DNA of 64,000 bases, taken from the NCBI GenBank assembly GCA_036785375.1, contig JAWMAR010000344.1, forward strand, positions 124,001 through 188,000, in the 5' to 3' direction. The position numbers and the translations under genes were made by a program. The number at the start of each line of letters is the position of its first letter. The stretch's first letter is position 1. The notes beneath the pieces are model-generated. The model did no database searches. It was not told where the DNA came from and was given only the letters and a program-made list of their open reading frames with translations. This document shows, piece after piece, positions 60,330 to 64,000 of the stretch. The stretch is from Leucoraja ocellata. Taxonomy: Eukaryota.

Positions 60330-60921
60330 ATGCAGAAATCCTGAAACCACTCACACTTAGCAGGGAAGTAGTGGCACTTCTCAGAAATATTGAGGTGAAA
60401 GTGTTTAAAGCCCTGTTTATGTTTTCATTTCCTAAATCAAACTTAATTATCTTCCACATCAACATCTTGGTGACACCAGCTGTAAAACTGCATTGTTTTC
60501 CCACTCGCTATGAAACAGTCTACAACATCTGTTAATGATGTTATATCCTACAGCAATTTTCATGGTAAATTAGGAGATGGCCGGGACAAAATATTTCTTC
60601 TATTTCATCATACTCATGTAGCCTATCCCAGCCGTTAGGGAGTGCAAGGCCTAAGGTTGGAAATCAATTAGAAGCTTTTCCATTGTTGAAAAACAATATA
60701 ATCTAGAACAAAATACATGCGTGCAAAATTCCTGTTCAATGACATTCAATTTCTTTGTACATTTAAAATGTTACTTTTGCATCTTCATATTTCCTCTATT
60801 TTATGCCAGTTTGTCCGATTCTACTTGATTTAGAGTGCTCTACTAGAAATATGCAGAAACTCAACTACAAAGAAATATTCAGCTAAAATGTAGTATACAT
60901 TCTTTTTCTGGTAAAGACTAA

Positions 60922-61388
60922 ATGGCCTGTCCCACGAGCATGCGACCTGCATGCGGCAAGCGCGACCAAACCGGAAGCGGGGGTCGCACGGAGGTTGAGT
61001 GATCCCCGTACAGGGCCAGTCCCACCAGCATGCGACTGCATGTGGCGAGTGCGACCAAACCGGAAGCGGGAACCGCGCGGAGGTCGAGTGAGTGACGTGA
61101 AGTTTGAGCGAAGTCCGCGGGAAGTTCACGTGTGACTTATGGCGTCGAGACGCTGCGCACGCCCGTCGAGGCGGTGCGACGGTGCCGAGGCGGCTGCGGG
61201 CCAGCAGGCCATTGCCACGCAGAATTTTTGAACACGGTCAGTTTTTCGGAGCCCCGCGCGATGTCGGGACACAACTCCATACGGCTCCGGCGATCGAAGT
61301 AGGACCGGCCCCGTGAGGCTGTACGGCTCAAGCGACCACGTTAGGTCGCGCTTGCTGCATGGAGTCGCATGCTCGTGGGACAGACCCT
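60922..61388. mobile_element. PIF/Harbinger-like MITE
   Basis: TIRs CTGTCCCACGAGCATGCGAC / GTCGCATGCTCGTGGGACAG; flanks TAA / TTA. Confidence 0.85.
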
Positions 61389-61469
61389 TTACTGCTCTTA
61401 AAACAGCTGTGTTCAAGAAATTTGAATAAATAACCGGAGCTTAATTTCAGTAAAGTTGACTTCACTCAC

Positions 61470-61561
61470 CGTTCTCAAAGATGGTTCCAGCACTAAAGGA
61501 TAGTTCCGAATCATGTTCCGCCTTACATGCGTACAGGGCTCTCGCTTTGCGATTTTGTGTA
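61470..61561 (-). CDS. ARHGAP26: Rho GTPase-activating protein 26 (GRAF1), penultimate exon, SH3 N-half
   Basis: Minus strand ttttacAG ... GTGAGT. TQNRKARALYACKAEHDSELSFSAGTIFEN(V); ACKAEHDSELSF is ARHGAP26-type rather than ARHGAP10-type. Confidence 0.92.
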
Positions 61562-61779
61562 CTGTAAAATAATAATGGTAGCAGTATTATTATAAAATAT
61601 CATTCTAATTGTAACCTGCTGAATTACCAGCCAACCATGTTCACTCTGATCCATTCCAATATCAGCAAAGCCAGTAGTGACTGGAAATCAACATTTCCCC
61701 CAGAAGATGTTAGGTCTCCTTTAATCGTGATGAATGTACTTCCATTCTGTTATTGGGCTGGATCGTGCTGAAGTGCTCA

Positions 61780-62435
61780 TTGCCCATGATCAAACTTGGA
61801 GCATGCACTTCCTGCTTATACACTCAATGCCCTAACTAGCCAAGGCCAGTATCCCTTATGCCTTCCGAAGCACTTATCTACTTGTGCTGCAATATTTGTG
61901 GAACTCTGGGCTTCTACTCCAAGGGCCTCTGTTCATTAAGGCTCCTTTTGACCCTATTATTCATGTTATGTGTCTTAGCTTCATTAGTAATTCCAAAATG
62001 TATCATCTCACATTTATCAGGATTTAACCTTTTTGCCATTTCTCAGTTCAGTTCACCAACACGTTGTTATCACTTTGTGGCCTAAGACTACTCTCCATAC
62101 TATCCATGACTCTTCCAATGTTTGTGCCATCTGCAAATTTGCCAATCGTGCCTCCTACATCCATTTTGTCACATACAATGTATATGGCCCCAGCACCAAC
62201 CCTTTACGGACAATACTAATAACAGGCATCCAAACACTAAAACCACCTCAGTCTCTCATTGCCAAGCCAATTTTGGATCTCGTTTGCCAAATTGTCCTGG
62301 AGTCAATGACCGCTAAATTATTTGGATCAAACTCTCATGCAGGACCTTGTCAAAGGCCCTACTGAAATCCGGTAAACTACATCTACTGCTTTGTCTGCAT
62401 TGATACACTTGGTTCCTTCAAAAAGTTCAATCAGA
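61780..62435 (-). mobile_element. Old degenerate CR1-like fragment
   Basis: Remnants of AVDVVY.DFS.AFDKV and KFAD motifs on the minus strand. Confidence 0.6.
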
Positions 62436-62437
62436 TT

Positions 62438-63810
62438 GGGCGGCACAGTAGCACAGTAGAGTTGCTGCCTTACAGACCCAGGTTTGATCCTGACCGTGGG
62501 TGGTGTCTGTATGAGTATGTACATTCTCCCTGTGACCGCGTGGGTTTTCTGCGGCATCTCCAGGTTCCTCCCACACTCCAAAAACGTACAGGTATGTCAT
62601 TAAAATAAACAGGATAACTGTAAACCAAGGCTTGGTATAAACTTAAATTGTCCCAAATGTGTACAGAATAGTGCTAAAAGTGCGGGGATCGCTGGTCGGT
62701 GCGGACTTGGTGGGCCGAAGGGCCTGTTTCCACGCAGTTTAGTATCTCTAAGTAGGTATGTTACAAAACCTACCTGAATCGTCGTTGAGAATCTGTCCCA
62801 GCCCCGTGTGTGTGATTTTGGCGCTGTTTAGAGGGGGCGGGTGTAAAACGCGATTTTTACTAGGCTGTTGCAATCGAAAATGTTCAGCCTAGTAAATCAT
62901 TAATGGAAAATCGCTGAAAGACCCCGTCGCAAAAGGTATTATTAGTTTTTATGGCCTTGTATAATAGTTATAGTAGTTTAAAAATCACTCTCTAAACCCG
63001 CAACCTCTCGCAGCCCCAGGGTTTTATAAAGCAAACAATTAAAGGTATGTACCTTATTTTTACATGTAAAGGGGCTTCTTAAGAACTCTGTATATAAAGG
63101 TTTCTATAGCGAGTAGCTCATTTTGGGCTCTTTATATCCCGCAGTATTTTTCTGGGCATTTGAGGGCACAAATCCAGCGCAATGTGAACGTTCTAAACCA
63201 GCGCGTTCACAGGATCCCACTAGAAAGCCGATTTAAAATGACTTTAATTTACAGCAATTGGACACTAAATTCCTTCCATTTGGCCTATAAATTGATGTAA
63301 ATGAGATTTAAAAATCATGTTTTATTGTGAATTATTTGTGAATATTATTTGGACACTTAAGCTATTTAAAAATGTTAATCATTTATTAAGAAATGGATAG
63401 ATGTTTAGATCTAGTAATTGAAGTTTGAAATTAGCTACAATTGGGTAACTAACTAATTATATGCTTTAATTTCAGGTCATCCAAGTAAGATTATTTCATA
63501 TTTGTTTCAGAATGGTTCAATCTATGATAACTGAAAATTTCATTCAGTTCTCTTAATTTTTAAGAAGGTTATGGGCTTTTGACTGTCCATGATCACAGCT
63601 TTTTTGTTATGTCCATAGAAAATCAATAGGGAACAAGATGCTAATTTCCGAGTATGAAAATGGCCATAACTTTTTTATTACTTGAGATATGAAAGTGAAT
63701 TAGGTGTCAAATTAAACTTATTGTTATGCTTTATCTGATGGGATAAATTGCAGACTTGATTTTTTAAATCTCAAAATTTTGTAACATTGCTACTCTAAGC
63801 TAAACTAAAC
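62438..63810 (+). mobile_element. HE1-like SINE whose tail is split by the 7-bp-TSD element
   Basis: Head at 62438; tail ..GTATCTCTAAG|insert|CTCTAAGCTAAACTAAAC. Confidence 0.85.
62753..63792 (+). mobile_element. Non-autonomous DNA transposon, TAG termini, 7-bp TSD (copy 2)
   Basis: Same TIRs; TSD CTCTAAG at 62746-52 and 63793-99; inserted in a SINE tail. Confidence 0.92.
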
Positions 63811-63927
63811 ATATTGATCAGAGAAGGTCATGTGGGTCATGTAATGCCTTGTGTACTCTCTCTGATTATCCCCTTTTGTTCCAAGTGATCATTAATCCTT
63901 CCCCTCAGAATTTTCTCAATAACTTGG

Positions 63928-64000
63928 GAGGCAAAGTAGCACAGCGGTAGAGTTGCTGCCTTACAGCACCAGAGACCCGAGTTCGATCCTGTCTAAGGGT
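63928..64000 (+). mobile_element. HE1-like SINE 5' end (runs off the window)
   Basis: GCACAGCGGTAGAG A-box; GAGTTCGATCC B-box. Confidence 0.8.

Overview
Vertebrate genomic DNA, almost certainly a cartilaginous fish (probably a skate or ray; inferred from ancestral receptor residues and HE1/HER1-type repeats). The + strand holds the 3' part of the glucocorticoid receptor gene NR3C1: coding exons 3-9 at 16399-34598. These are 167/117/273/145/131/158/156 bp, all GT-AG and in one continuous frame; exon 2 lies upstream of the window. The - strand holds the last two SH3-coding exons of ARHGAP26/GRAF1 (61470-61561, 55212-55300), converging tail-to-tail with NR3C1. The rest is dense, often nested transposable elements: L1, CR1/HER1, Rex1 and Penelope retroelements, HE1-like SINEs, Tc1, hAT, Harbinger MITEs and a Helitron. 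Most interesting: (i) a very abundant Penelope-derived short repeat with a minimal hammerhead-ribozyme-like core, often in inverted pairs; (ii) a young ~1.04-kb DNA element with 7-bp TSDs, in two copies; (iii) a retroposon family with two conserved hairpins but exchangeable bodies and tails; (iv) two TE insertions whose TSDs overlap GR splice donors; (v) a GR ligand-binding domain in the ancestral, pre-cortisol-specific state; (vi) a conserved miRNA-site block in the GR 3'UTR; (vii) a histone-H1-like pseudogene relic. I see no convincing novel protein-coding system. Everything was read by eye; boundaries of degenerate repeats are approximate.
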